From Nemertoderma westbladi (taxonomy: Eukaryota > Animalia > Xenacoelomorpha), in the NCBI GenBank assembly GCA_032718475.1, contig JAUCBJ010001957.1, positions 32,298-96,297 on the forward strand: DNA of 64,000 nt. Reading direction: 5' to 3'. Under the pieces are notes generated by a model. The model saw only the letters and a program-made list of their open reading frames with translations, did not search any database and was not told where the DNA came from. The position numbers and the translations under genes were made by a program. The first letter of the stretch is position 1. Each line of letters opens with the position of its first letter. Below are positions 11,038 to 24,714 of this stretch, one piece after another.

Positions 11038-11453
11038 GGTGGCAGCAACAGGCGGCGGCGGACTCGTGAGGGTCTGGGGGCACGTTAAATCTCTCCTATA
11101 GTGCAAGGGAGTTACTGAAGGCCCTCGTGTCTAGCGAACCATGAATCAACATGGTGCCGTGGTACCGTCTAGTCGGCCTGTTGCCGTACTGCCAGTCCTG
11201 TACACAGTAGGGGTGGTGGCTTAGTGTGATCTGTGGTTTATGTGGTCTATGTGGTAGGTCTATGTTTGGTATGTATGAGTTGACCAGACTTTTTACTGTC
11301 TCCGATCGGTTGCCAAAACGTGTCTTTTCCCAGGGTAGCACTATTGGAATGGAGGTGTTACATCGGAATGGACAGGTTTCTGATGATTCTGTTGGTACTA
11401 CTATTGGAATGGAGGTGGCACCCGGAATATCGGCTGCAAGGAGGGGTTGGTGT

Positions 11454-11809
11454 TGTAATAATTTGTTGTATAGGTTATAGTCATGATCACTATAATGGTT
11501 ACAGTGAGTAGAGTATATGATTAGTATAAAGTGATTTAATAATTGGTTTGTAAACGAGTGTGTATGTAGTGAGAAGTTATCCAGCTGTGATGATTTGGAT
11601 GAGAGAATATGTATAGGAGAGGGGTGGTGAGGAAAGGGGTTTTTATGTAGATTATTGGTGTAAACGATTGGATATAGATAGAGTAAAAGATATATTATAA
11701 TTGTTTTGTGTATATTATATGTATTGTATCAATTATTGTGTATTTATATTATATTCTATCTTAAAAATAACTGAAAGCATTTTAAATATTTCGAAATAAA
11801 ACGATTACA
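11454..11809 (+). repeat. 5' LTR (356 bp) of the nested gypsy
   Basis: Direct repeat of 16180-16531. Confidence 0.95.
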
Positions 11810-11825
11810 AGCTATCACCGCAATT

Positions 11826-12596
11826 ATGTCATTAAAGTTAAATCAAATCATACGTCCGTTTAGTGGTGATGACAAAACTGTTAATTTTAACGAATGGATG
11901 AAGAAATTTCTATTAGTCGCGAAAACTCAGAAATGGGAACAGTTGGAAAATCACCTGCCATTGTTGTTGGAGGGGTCAGCATTCACGGTGTATGACCAAT
12001 TATCAGATGAAGCCAAAGGAAATATAGATAGTATCGTAAGCACGTTGACCACCGCATTTTCGTTGACACCAACACAAGCATATAAAGCTTTTACGAAACG
12101 TATGTGGTCTCCGGATGAAGCTGTTGAAGTGTACCTGTCGGACTTGAAACGGTTAATTTTGCTAACTGGAATCAAACCATCGGACATTGAGCGTATTCAA
12201 CCAATAATAAAAAGTCAATTTGTTAGCGGATTACCCAATGACCTCAGTAGTAAACTAGTTACAATGAATGCGGTTGAAAGTGAATTGATGAGTTTAGAAG
12301 AATTAGTGACGAAAGCGAGACGTATCATCGCAGATCGAAAGTGCGATGACGGTATAGGAATTATCGGTGCTGTTGGGGAACGCCGCCGTCCTTATCAGCA
12401 CCCACATAATGATGGTGATCGTAGTAACAGAGCTACAGCGTCGTTTATCTGTTACAATTGTGGGAAACCGGGACATATTTCGTCACAATGTCCCTCAGAG
12501 AGAAAAACTGTCAAATGTTACCGCTGCTCTGGTTATGGCCATATTGCGAGAAATTGCGGCACTAAGGAATCGGGAAACGCGAATGGGGGGTTGTAG
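11826..12596 (+). CDS. gag: gag with two CCHC zinc knuckles
   Basis: CYNCGKPGHISSQC and CYRCSGYGHIARNC; G-GGA-AAC slippery heptamer at 12572-12578 leads into an open -1 frame. Confidence 0.92.
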   Translation: MSLKLNQIIRPFSGDDKTVNFNEWMKKFLLVAKTQKWEQLENHLPLLLEGSAFTVYDQLSDEAKGNIDSIVSTLTTAFSLTPTQAYKAFTKRMWSPDEAVEVYLSDLKRLILLTGIKPSDIERIQPIIKSQFVSGLPNDLSSKLVTMNAVESELMSLEELVTKARRIIADRKCDDGIGIIGAVGERRRPYQHPHNDGDRSNRATASFICYNCGKPGHISSQCPSERKTVKCYRCSGYGHIARNCGTKESGNANGGL

Positions 12597-15500
12597 GGGT
12601 CGCCGCTTTAACTTCCTCCCGCGATTTGTTGCCAAGATGTTCGGCGAATATTTCATCAACAGACGGATCAGCTAAGTATATTTGTAGAGTAGGTGTTGAC
12701 TCTTATTGTTCAAAGACTATTGTATCATCAGGTTTTCTGTATGGTAAATCTGAATTTATATTTTCTAATGCCAATTGTTCAGAGACTTTTATGATGTTAA
12801 ACGGTACCAAAATTTATACTGTAGGGAAGATTTCAATTTATTTGCATAATTTACCTGGTATTGTTGGAGGGTTTTGTTTTGATGCATGGGTAGTAAACGG
12901 ATGTGATATATTTGATGTTGATGTTTTATTGGGAATCGATGCAATTGTGTGTTTGGGTGGTGTGAAGATACATTCATCTGATTGTATATCTGTTTCGTCA
13001 ATTGAATTTTTAGGATGTGGATCAAATAATTTACGTCCAAATTATTGTGGTGCACTGACATCAAATAGTGATAATGATAAAGTTAAGTCAGATAGTACAA
13101 ATTCTAGTGGAGACAATAATGAGCTAAATTCAAATACCGCAAGTTTCTTTTATCATGATAACGGTGATATCACCATCACTGAAAGTGATTTCGTAGTAAA
13201 GTTTGATAGTTTATCAAAGTTGTGGACCGTAAATTGGGTGTGGAAGAATAATAAGCCCCCAATTCATAAAGTTGGCAGTGGTATTGGTGATTACAATATA
13301 AAGTTATCAGATTCACATAACACCATGTTTGAGAATGAAATTCAAGTTTGGTTGACAAATGGGTTTATTGTAGAATATGACCCGATTGAACACGGTGAAA
13401 TTGAATGTGTGTTACCGTTAATGCCTGTGGTCCAGGAACACAAGATCACAACTCCTGTGAGACCTGTATTAGATTACTCAATGTTGAATAGTTGCTTGGT
13501 GAGTTTTCCAGGACAACAAATGGGAATATGTAATAATAAATTGCGAAACTGGCGACAGCGTTCATCAAATAGTACGATTATAGATATTAAAAAAGCATAT
13601 TTACAGATAAGAGTTGCTCCACATTTGTTGAAATATCAAGCACTTTTATACAAAGATACTATTTATATAAAATGACACGAATGGGGTTTGGATTAGAGAT
13701 TGCAAGAAAAGTTTTAGAAACTGTGATTGAGTTCATCTTTAGTGTTAGCAAATTTCCCGAAAATGCAGTAGATTTCTATGTGGATGATGTCTATTGTGAT
13801 GAGAATTTGGTATCTGCAAGTTCAGTGGAAATTGCTTTGAACAATTACGGTTTACCCACAAAACCCCCTACAAGTATCAAAGAAAATGACGTTTTGGGCT
13901 TACATGTATTCGAAGCAAATTCTGAGTTGTGTTGGAAGCGACGTAACAAAGGTGATCTTATACCAGATTTATTTAGCATGACTCGAAGAGGTCTACATTC
14001 ATGGACTGGTAAGGTAACTGGCCTATATCCCGTATGCAGTTGGTTACGATTAGCCTGCAGTTGGTTGAAACGACAATGTATAGGAGATTGGGATAGTCCA
14101 GTTGACTCATGGATATTAAAATTGGTGAAAGTTACATGGGAGAGCATATGTAATAACGATCCAGTATGTGGAGTATGGAATGTAAATACTCTTAATGGAA
14201 ATTGTGTGATGTGGTGTGATGCTAGTGACATTGCTAGAGGAGTTCTTCTAGAAGTCGATGGTAGAATAATTGAGGATGCTGCTTGGCTACGAAAGAAAAA
14301 TGAATCAAAAGCTCATATCAATGTGGTGGAATTAAATAGCGTGGTCGATGGAATCAATCTCGCAATAGAGTGGAATATTAAACGATTCACATTATGTTCA
14401 GATTCACAAATTGTGTGCAGGTGGGTTGAAGCAACTCTGAAAAATATACATCGAATTCATGTCGGGGGAATGTATATGAATTTGGTAAAACGTCGTTTAG
14501 AACTGTTGCTAGAGTTAGTACAGTTATATGGTTTAGATGTTGAGGTAAAGTGGGTGAAATCTGAACAAAACTTGTCTGATAAACTAACGAGACTACCCAG
14601 AGGTTGGAAAGAGTCTGCCACGGTAAATCAACCTGAAATCGAGACATGTAATACGGATAAGTGTTCGGGAATCGGTGCTGTAATGTACCATAACGATAAA
14701 GAACTATATTGTGGAATTAAATTAGAGCATATAAGAAGAGATCAAATTCAAGACAAAGATATAAACATAATGCTAAGTGATCCTTCACATATCTCAAAAA
14801 CAACAAACTCATACAAAAATGTTAGATCTCAGTTAATGGTGTATAGCGGAATGTTAGTTCGCAAAGTGAAAGTTCCTCCAAACGATTTATTAAATGTTCC
14901 AGTAATTCCAAGTAGTTTAGTCAACGAAGCTATTAAGAATGTCCACGATTCTTATGGTCATCCATGCAGTGAAACTACAAGAGAAATAATCAGGCGGCAA
15001 GGTTATTTCCCCAATATGATGTCGCAATGTCAGAAATTCGTTAAAAGTTGTGAAAGGTGTTCATTATCCGATCCTAAAAAACCAGACGATATTAACCCAA
15101 CAACCCAAATGGTAATACCTGATCGTCCATGGCAAGTGGTTCAGATTGATACCATGAAAATAACTGGTGATATACACTTTGTAGGGTTACTGGCTATGTT
15201 TGATGTATTAACAAAGTATGTTGAAGTAGAACTTTTGAAAGATTATACTAAAGAGACTGTTGTGTCCAAGTTGCTGAAGATATGCCGACGATGGGGTCCC
15301 CCCGAGGTGATACGTTGCGATTCTGGTACTGAGTTATGGAATTCCATGTCGAAAGCATTATATAACTCTTTTAATATTATTGTTAGACGCGGAGCAGTGA
15401 GACATCCAAGAAGTCAGGGAGCAGTAGAACGTTTTAACAGATCATTTTTAACATTGGTACGAAAAACGTTAGAACGAAGTACAGATTGGGCTGTAGAATT

Positions 15501-16122
15501 GGATCAATTGTTATATTTCTATCGTCACAGACCTACGACTACAACTGCCATGAGTCCTACAAAAGCGATGTGTGGTTGGGATTGTTGTTCTAGAAATATC
15601 GATAAGAAATCTGGGTCATCATGGTCCCAAGGTCTAAATCCTTCTTTAGTTGATACTCTGGAAGAGTGTATGTCAAAATTAGATGGAATAGACATTTCAA
15701 CACCACAAATCTTTGCCACTGGAGATTTGGTGTATTTATTACGTGAAGATAGGTCGCCTAAACACATGACACAATGGACAAAGGGATGGACAGTGACTGA
15801 TATTATAAACTCAACAACAGTACGAATATCTAATACCAATAAGGAGATCAAAGACAAATTTGTAAACATTGATATAATAAAACACGCAGTAGAAGTAAAT
15901 ATTGATGACCGTTTGGAAAAAGCAAAGATTAAAGAGGATGATAATATAATAAAATCCGATGACAGCGATGATTTCTTAGAATTTGAATGTGGAGAGTTTG
16001 ATCAAAGCGATAACAGCAACCAAAATACTGATAATGACGAAAATGAAGATGCAGTAATACCACGACGATCTACACGTGTGAGACGTCCTGTTGATCTGTA
16101 TGGAAATCCAAAACGTTATTGA
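12572..16122 (+). pseudogene. pol: pol of the nested gypsy, with one 2-bp frameshift near 13665
   Basis: PR-like VDSYCSKT; RT PVLDY...DIKKAYLQI...RMGFGL...YVDD; RH WCDASD...HINVVELNSV...SDS...SDKLTR; IN HDSYGH...CERC, QIDT, CDSG, VERFNR. Confidence 0.9.
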
Positions 16123-16179
16123 TGATGTTACTGAGGGGGATGTAATAAATATGATAGACGGGGTTCTATCAGAGGGGGA

Positions 16180-16531
16180 TGTAATAATTTGTTGTATAGG
16201 TTATAGTCATGATCACTATAATGGTTACAGTGAGTAGAGTATATGATTAGTATAAAGTGATTTAATAATTGGTTTGTAAACGAGTGTGTATGTAGTGAGA
16301 AGTTATCCAGCTGTGATGATTTGGATGAGAGAATATGTATAGGAGAGGGGTGGTGAGGAAAGGGGTTTTTATGTAGATTATTGGTGTAAACGATTGGATA
16401 TAGAGTAAAAGATATATTATAATTGTTTTGTGTATATTATATGTATTGTATCAATTATTGTGTATTTATATTATATTCTATCTTAAAAATAACTGAAAGC
16501 ATTTTAAATATTTCGAAATAAAACGATTACA
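16180..16531 (+). repeat. 3' LTR (352 bp) of the nested gypsy
   Basis: Direct repeat of 11454-11809, preceded by a PPT. Confidence 0.95.
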
Positions 16532-17484
16532 CGAGTGAATGATACTCTGGAATCTGTGGTTTGTGTGTGGACGATCAGTGGCAGTTTGCTTGAGCTTTCT
16601 GTTGCTGTGGGTACGTGGTATACGTGAGTGTATGTATGGCCACTGCGAGTGAGTATGGGAAACCTTGCCGGTTGGTTCAGTCGCCGCTGGTTATTAGTAG
16701 GACCATATCTTTACTGCGCCCCAGCATATTTTGTGCACACAAAGTTATTTTGCCCTGACGGCAAAATAAGGTACTCTCGGCTCTTTTATTAGTCGATACA
16801 ATTTTGTCCCCTCTGATTTTGTCACCGATTTGTCTTTCCCGATTATGTCCTCTGTGTGTGCATGGTATGCGTCAGATTTGTGTTTACCGTTATGTACTTG
16901 ATTTCGTGAGCATCTATTGAGTACACGTGTACAGTGACTGGTAAGTGGTGACTTGTTCTTAGCTTTAAGCTAGACAGTATTGTTTGCGGAACCGACTTCC
17001 CCTCAATACTGCCGGCGAGGCGGGTGAAAACGTGTCAAAATTCCATGTTGGGTAGCGCAAGCCCACTTGGGACAAGACCGTCGGTTTGGCTCAAGGGCGA
17101 CCTTTATGCTCGATCGCTATCGACTGGTCCACCCGCCGGTTGACTCTCTGAGTTGGCTCAATGTACAGTCAGGCCACAGTAAGTTGACAGTAGCCGACCA
17201 CCTGGCTACACCGATGAGCTGTGCCGGTGTGATCGGGGGATTGAAAATTGAACCCGGGAAGCATCGGGCTACCCTCCGGCCTGGTCTGATAAAAACGGAG
17301 TCAGACTGGCCCCAAGGGTGGTGGGACAGCGTCCGCCTCGTGGGTGCGCCTCGGAGAGGAGCCCAGAAGGACGCAAGCGTTATCAAGTTCGAGAAAGAAT
17401 TCTAAGAATCAGACTAATCCTATCGGCCTTTGAGGAGGCTTCGAAAAGAAGACAAGACACGTCGTTGCAAGTTGCCGTAAAGAC

Positions 17485-20400
17485 TTGGTTACAGTGGGTG
17501 AGTCTCCAAGTTCAAAGAACTGCCCTGTGGAAATCTCAGTTAGCTCAACCCTTGGAGAATCAACAGACACCACCTTTTCCCAAGTGGAAAGTGAAGCGAC
17601 AGCAGAGAAACCGCATAAGAGGGATGCTATTGACATCTATCTGTCAGACTATCAACGCTTTGTAGGTGACGAAGAGTTGAGGAGACGGCTGGATGGACTT
17701 AGCCCTAATAGTGAAGGAGCCAAGCTTGTGTTGGACGCAATCGATGCGGATATGAGAGCTGCGAACCAAGCTAAATTTGATGAACGCCTCCGCATCGCTA
17801 GAGTCCAAGAAGAACAAGTAAAGAAAAAACATATAGAAGACAGAAAGACAGCGGCAGTGGCAGCAGCAGTGGCAGAAGCGGAAAGAAAGGCGGCAGTGGC
17901 AGCGGCCGAAGCGGAAAGAAAGGCGGTAGTGGCAGCGGCAGAGGCAGTGGCAGAAGCAGAACGGAGGGCATCTGAAGAAACAACCCAACTAGAGTTGGAA
18001 AATCTTCAAGAGAATCAAGACTGCATAAATAAACAGTTAACAGCTAGTCAAATGCAGATGATGAGTCGATCTACTCCCAAAAGACAGGGATATACATCAT
18101 CTGAGGAAGGCGATACCACCGATCCTGAAGGCGGAGGAAATCGATCTCGCCTAAGCAGACGTAGAAGAATGTCCCACCGTCAGAAATTGCCTGATTTGCC
18201 CCCAACTGTTAGAAGGCAACTAGCTAGCACAGACTTAGTAGTACAGAACCCACAGACCAAATAATTAAAATAGAAAGACTCCCTACTATAGTAGATGAGC
18301 CTGAAATTATTAGGCCTGTTCTCGAAGCCACCCCTTTGGTGATAGAGACACCTGTACTCCCAGAACTTACCTCTAAATTCCCTCTGCACAGCACTAAGCT
18401 ACCTGTGCCCAGCAGAACAGCCCATGAGACAGTTCATGTCCTGGACTCCGAGCGAAATATTAATGATTTGTCGCCCGTTGTCCCTCGTCCGCCCGCTACA
18501 ACGTTGGCGGCTCCCGCTTCGGCGGTCGAGTGGGTGGATGAGAGACGGCGGGGGATGGATCTCCTGCTCGGGCAGATGCAGGAGACTGTTAAGCAGTTCA
18601 AGGGCACAGTAAGGGAAAGTAGGTTAGAGTTGCAAGAAGTGCAGCAAAGTATCGCGTTAGAACGCGATAAATTAGTAAATACACAAAAGGGTATACCACC
18701 ACCCCCGGTAACAATGTGTCAACCTGTTAGGTCTGAAGTATCTCATGCGCAAGGTGTGGAGCCTACACGTATCTATACTGCTAGCGAAGTAGAAACTCCT
18801 ATAGTGAACCCTATTAAGGGTAATTATAAACCTGTTGACAATGATATTCCCTATAGACCTGATCATAATCCGAGAAATTTATATACCGATAACTCGATAT
18901 TAAATAACACGATGGCCCAAGAAAGTTTTATGCGTCAAATGGCTAGAACCGAAGCCCGTCAAGCGGTAAAGGTGGGAGAGATAGTCAAGTTCAATGGAGA
19001 TGAGATGAAATGGTTACCTTTTAATGAATATTATAAAGATAACATACAGAACTCTGTGCTATCTAACGGAGAGAAACTTAGATTCCTCATCGAGTGCTTG
19101 GAAGGATCTCCCAAGTTAATGGCGTTAAAGTTTATTGGACATCCAGACGGATTAAGACAAGTTTGGGATACACTAAACATCAGGTATGGTAATAGGAATA
19201 ACATAGCTAAATATTTGTATGCAAAATTAGTAGCGCCCCGAAAGTTCATTAGCAGCGGGATAATAGAGTTTTCCGATGAGATTCAAGAGATCTGTAGACA
19301 ATTAGATTGGTTAGGTAAGTCTCATGAATATCAGAGTTCTATGGTTATTGGAGCCGTGGCTTCTACTTTACCGAAGGGTGGAGTAGGTACACGCTGGGAT
19401 AAGAAAGTGTTATATATGATGGAACAATAACGACGAGACCCTACCATGGCTGATCTCATGTCATTCTTAGATGGAGAAGTGAAATTACAGCTCCTAAGGC
19501 AGTCCAGAGAGAAGACACCGGAAAACAAGGTAAGTGAGAAACCCGTTTCTAGGAGAAAAGTAACACCAGTGTGTTATACCGACGACGGCGAAAGCCAGAC
19601 TTCTCAAGGAGAGGATAGCGGGAAAGACACTGAAAGATCTTATTATGTCAATAAAACGCCTAAAGAACAGGTAAGTAAATTCAAGTCTCGAACCAATGAC
19701 AGGAGAGAACAGGTAAGAAAAACTCCTCCTACGTCTCCTAAGAGAATTCAGGTAAGAAAGCCCGAAGAAAGAACGAGTGTGCACAATGTTATTCAAAATA
19801 AGGTAAGTAACATCAAACCGAAATGTGTGCTATGTGACGGGACCCACCGTTTGAATATGTGTGATGAATTCCTAAAGAAATCATTAATGGAGAGACGGGA
19901 AGTCATGTGGGATAAGCGGTTGTGTTATAATTGCCTCAGACAAGGACACCAAAGGCGAACCTGTTACTCCGACACAAGGTGTGCAAAGTGCGATGCGAAA
20001 CATCATATCTTGTTGCACACAGAATTCGAACGAAACAGTCCGAGTCAGGTAAGTGATTCCGAACTACATGTCCAATTCAGTGATGTGAACGACACTGACC
20101 AAAGTTCTGAGATGGAAGGATTCTATACGGATGAATTCTCCGACGAAGATGAATCCTGTTACATGATAAATACCGCAGTGTATCGAGCACTTACGTATGA
20201 AAAAGACACAGACAGCGACCTCACCCTAACTACTTCTGATCGACAACCATCTTGGAAAGCGCCAACTTCCAATGTAGGAATCCGAGAATTTCCTGTAGTA
20301 CAGTTAAGGGTCCACGGACCTAAAAGGAGTTATATAGTGAACGCCCTTCTTGACTCCGGTAGTACAGGAACATTCATCGACAAAGAACTAGCCGAAGACA

Positions 20401-23400
20401 TCTTTGCTGGACAACCCAAGTTCCGAACTAAGCTAAACATGTCAGGAATTATGCAGGTTTGGAAATCTACAGTAATTTAGCGGATTATTATGTAGGTGCA
20501 TTGTCCACCCCCCAGGATGAACTAGGAGAACATAGTATAAGGTCAGTAAAGATGGTGGCGATAAAGAACTTCGCTACCAGCCAAGTGGAACCTTATAACT
20601 GGGATGAGGACGATTTCACCCCGCAGCTTGAAATACCTAGATTCGCCACCGATTACCCTGGAGTGCAAATACTCATCGGTCAAAACGCGCATGAAGCGCT
20701 CGAGACATTGGAGAAACGGCCTGCTCAACCGCAACCACTACAAGCTTATGAGGGAAGAACTAGAGTGGGTTGGTACTTTACTGGCCCTTCCCGTAGAACT
20801 CTCATGGAAAGATTACCGAAAGATCAGGTATATCAAGTAAGAGAATGGGAAGTTGAGAGCAGTGAGTTAGACGATCCAACTGAGGGAACACCATACTCCT
20901 CAGATAATGACGATGTCCACCAACTCTTCGACGAGGAGAATACCATTGATCTCCTTAAGGTAAACGAGACTTGGCAAAACCAAGTGAACTTATGTCAGCT
21001 CCTTCGTCCATCAGAACGAGACGACTATAACGACGAACTGAATGACGTCATTGAACGTTGTAATGCCAAGACTCGGGATGAACACGCCGTACGATTCTTT
21101 ACTCAAGAGGCTGTAGAGCCCAATTCCTACGATAAGGCCCTATCGGTAGAAGAAGAAAGAGCCAAGCAGATCCAAGAGACAACTACACGTTCTCTTAAAG
21201 ATCAAGGTAGATATGAAATCGGTCTACCTTTCCGAAAGCGAGAACCAAAGTTCATAAACAACAGACCCTTGGCGGAGAAAAGAATTGCTCAACTACATCG
21301 ACGCCTTACGGCAAATTCTTCAGCTAAAGAAATGTATCAAACGCAGTTGAAGAAATTTATTAGCAAGGGATATGCGGAGCGAGTACCGGAAGAAACACCT
21401 ATAACTGAGAGAACATATTATTTAACTCACCATTACGTTCCCAAACCCGGTAAACCCCATGAGGTACGAGTAGTGTTTGACGGCTCCGCCCTCTACATGG
21501 GCCAATCCCTTAATTCCGAATTGTTACCCGGACCCAACTTACTCCAATCCTTGTTGGGAATACTCTTAAGATTAAGACAATATTCAATCGCTTTTGCCTC
21601 TGATATAGAAGGCATGTTCTTACAAGTCAAGGCGCTGGATAGGGATCGAGATAGCCTACGATTTCTGTGGTGGCCTGAAGGAGACCTCAACCAGAAACCG
21701 GTGGAGTACTGGATGACCATCCAGGCTTTTGGGATAATCTCAAGCCCTTCAAACGCCTGTTCAGTGGTGCGCACCACTGCGGATGACAATCGAGAAGCCT
21801 TCTCTAAAGAGGTGATTGACAACATCAAACGGGATATATACATGGACGACAATCTAAAGTCCCTTCCATCAGTCGAAGAAGCCATTGATGTCGCTAAAGG
21901 AACGGTAGAGTGCTTAAAAAGAGGTGGATTTCGATTAACTAAATTCACCAGCAACTCCCGTGAGTTTCTGGAGTCGATCCCGGTAGAAGATCGAGGAGCG
22001 AAAGACCTAGATCTAATCAAAGATGATCTTCCAGAAACCAAGACACTTGGTTTGAAATGGGACACAGAGAGAGATATCCTGTTTTTCCAGCTAAAACAGC
22101 GAGATAATCCAGTTCGGACTAAATGGATTTGTTTAAGTATCCTGAGCACTTATTTCGATCCATTGGGATTTATTAGCCCAGTTATATTGATTGCTCGGAG
22201 TTTAGTACAACAAATGTGGCTTGAAAACCACTCATGGGACGATCCACTTAAGGGAGAATTATTAAAGAAGTGGATGAAATGGGAAGATTCTCTACCAGCC
22301 ATTGAGAACTTTATAATTTCCCGTTCATATTTTGGTCATGTTATTCCTATCAACTCCATGTGTTTGGAGACGCCAGCGATATGGGAATAGGTATAGTAGC
22401 CTACCTAAGAGTGGAAACTCCGGATGGAATCAAAGTCGCCTTGGTTACCTCTAAGGCATTGATAAACAACAAGTTGAAAGTTCCTCAAGAGGAGTTAAAA
22501 GCGGCTCTATACGCTACAGCCATCGGCCGGAATGTAACAGAACAGATCGACTATCCACTGGAGAAAACTGTCTATTGGACCGATGCTTTACTCGTGTTGG
22601 AGTATATAACCAATGAAGTCTGTCAGTTCAGTGTCTTCGTTACCAACAGAGTAGCCATTATACTTAGTCGCACAAAGATGGATCAATGGAGACATTGCCC
22701 CGGAACGATCAATCCAGCAGACATCGCCTCCAGGGGAGCTACTCCACAAGAACTGGTAGATACTCCAGACTGGTTAGGTGGACCCGAATTCCTCTACAAA
22801 GAAGAAGAAGAATGGCCTCCTCATCTTACTACGGCAGAGATCAGACAGGCCAAGGGAGCGGAGAAAGTCAAACCTAAAACTCGGGCGAGTAAATCGAAGT
22901 TATTTAAACCTATGGTAGATCTGTCTGTACTACATACTTCCGGAGACGACGCTTTGGATCAGAGGCCCACAGCCATAAATAAGTCTGTTGTGGAAATCCG
23001 TGAGAAGGATTGGAAATCTGGAATACCAGACGTCTCGCAAGGACTCTCACCTCTCCTGCAGAGAACGATATATCACTACAGTTCCTGGAATCGGCTCTGT
23101 AAGGCCGTTACATATTTAAAAAGATGTTTTCACCATCACTACTCCGGGATGAAGACCAATAGTGATACCGCTCTGCTGACATCGGTGCAGGTCCATGTTG
23201 TTAAAGATCTTCCCAAATATAAGATATCCGACAGGTTTCTGAAGGAGAAGATCAGTTATCAGGAGCATGAAGAAACCAACAAGCAGATGCTGAGACTCCT
23301 GCAATGCTATGATGATTCCGATAAGTATTTCCTGTTGTTGAGAAATCCACAGATGCGCTTAAGGGATCGTTTCTCTAGCACAATGATAGATGGGTTGATA

Positions 23401-24714
23401 CGTGTTGGCGGAAGATTAACGAATGCTCCATTATCCTTTGACACTAAGTTTCCCATACTCATTAGAAATCTTGAAATACAAGTCAAGATGATTGTAGATG
23501 TTCACAGCAAACTTTATCATGCTGGTAGAGAACGAGTTCTTAGCGAAATTCGAACTCGCTATTATTTTTATAAACCCCGTAGAGCTCTGAACCAAGTTCT
23601 TAGGAACTGCATACCCTGTAGGAAAGCATTCAGTAGGCCTTTAACACAGCGAGAGGCAGAATTACCTAGGGAACGAGTAAGCTTCTATGAACCACCCTTT
23701 ACTAATACCGGTGTAGATTTATTTGGCCCTATTGAAGTATATCGTGCTAGGACTATAGTCAAGAGATGGTGTGTCATCTTTGTTTGTATGACTTGTAGAG
23801 CTATCCATCTCGATATGGTGAACGATTTATCTACCAACAGCTTCCTATTAAGCTTACGACGACAGATCGCTCGCTTTGGAACTAGTAACACGATAAGATC
23901 TGATAAGGGAACAAACTTCATTGGTGCCAACAATGAAATCAAAGCTTACGTCAAAGATTGGAACCAAAGACAGGTGGACGATCAGCTAAGGGTAACAGCG
24001 TCTAGCTGGACCTTTAACGCCGCCGACACCCCTTGGTGGGGAGGAAGTTGGGAGAGATTAATTAGAAGCGTGAAGACCGCATTTCACTTTATAGTGCCGT
24101 GCCGCGCGTATCTCACCGACGAACTTTTGCGGACGTTAATGGAGGAAATCGCCGCCTATCTCAACGAGAGACCGCTTATGCCAGTCTCATCGAGTCCCGA
24201 TTCCCTGGAAGCACTAACACCCGCGCACTTCCTACTGAAGAAACCTGTAGCCATGCTCCCACAATCGGAAATCACAGACGGAGACGAATACTGCCGGCAA
24301 ACTTGGCAACTCATGCAGTTGTTATCCCGTTGTTTCGCTGACCATTTCGAAAAACACTATCTGCCCACACTACAACTTCGAACGAAGTGGTTTGCGCAGC
24401 AAGAAAACGTCAGCGCTGGAGACATGGTCCTTATTGTGGATTCAGATCTTCCACGTAAGCGGTGGCAGACAGGTCGTATCATCGAGACTCACATCTCGGA
24501 TGACGGTTTGGTGCGATCGGTAGAACTCGTCGTCATGCGACGTAACTTCAAGAAACTGGGAATTGTCTTCGAGACACAGCAGCTCAATCGCCCAGTTGGT
24601 CGTTTATGTTTACTGGAAAGAGACAGAGAACTCTCCGGAAACTATGGAAGACAAGATACTCTTCCCACGACCACCTCCCTAATCCAACAAACATCTAGGG
24701 ACTCCCCAGCTTAG
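17485..24714 (+). pseudogene. BEL/Pao gag-pol polyprotein with three frameshifts and one in-frame stop
   Basis: KFNGD..KW..F...LSNGEKLRFL..CLEG (DUF1759-like), triple Cys/His box CVLC..H...CYNCL..GH...C..C...HHILLH, protease ALLDSGS, RT RVVFDGS/DIEGMFLQV/YMDD, RH FGDAS/NPADIASRG, IN TGVDLFGP/SDKGTNF/GGSWERLIRSVK and a BEL-type C-terminus (GLVRSVEL...RPVGRLCLLE). Confidence 0.95.

Larger units (their letters stand above)
11454..16531 (+). mobile_element. Young full-length Ty3/gypsy-like LTR retrotransposon nested in the BEL leader
   Basis: LTRs 11454-11809 and 16180-16531 are identical except a 4-bp indel, with TGTAAT...ATTACA termini; PPT AGAGGGGGA at 16171-16179; gag then PR-RT-RH-IN order. 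Confidence 0.95.
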
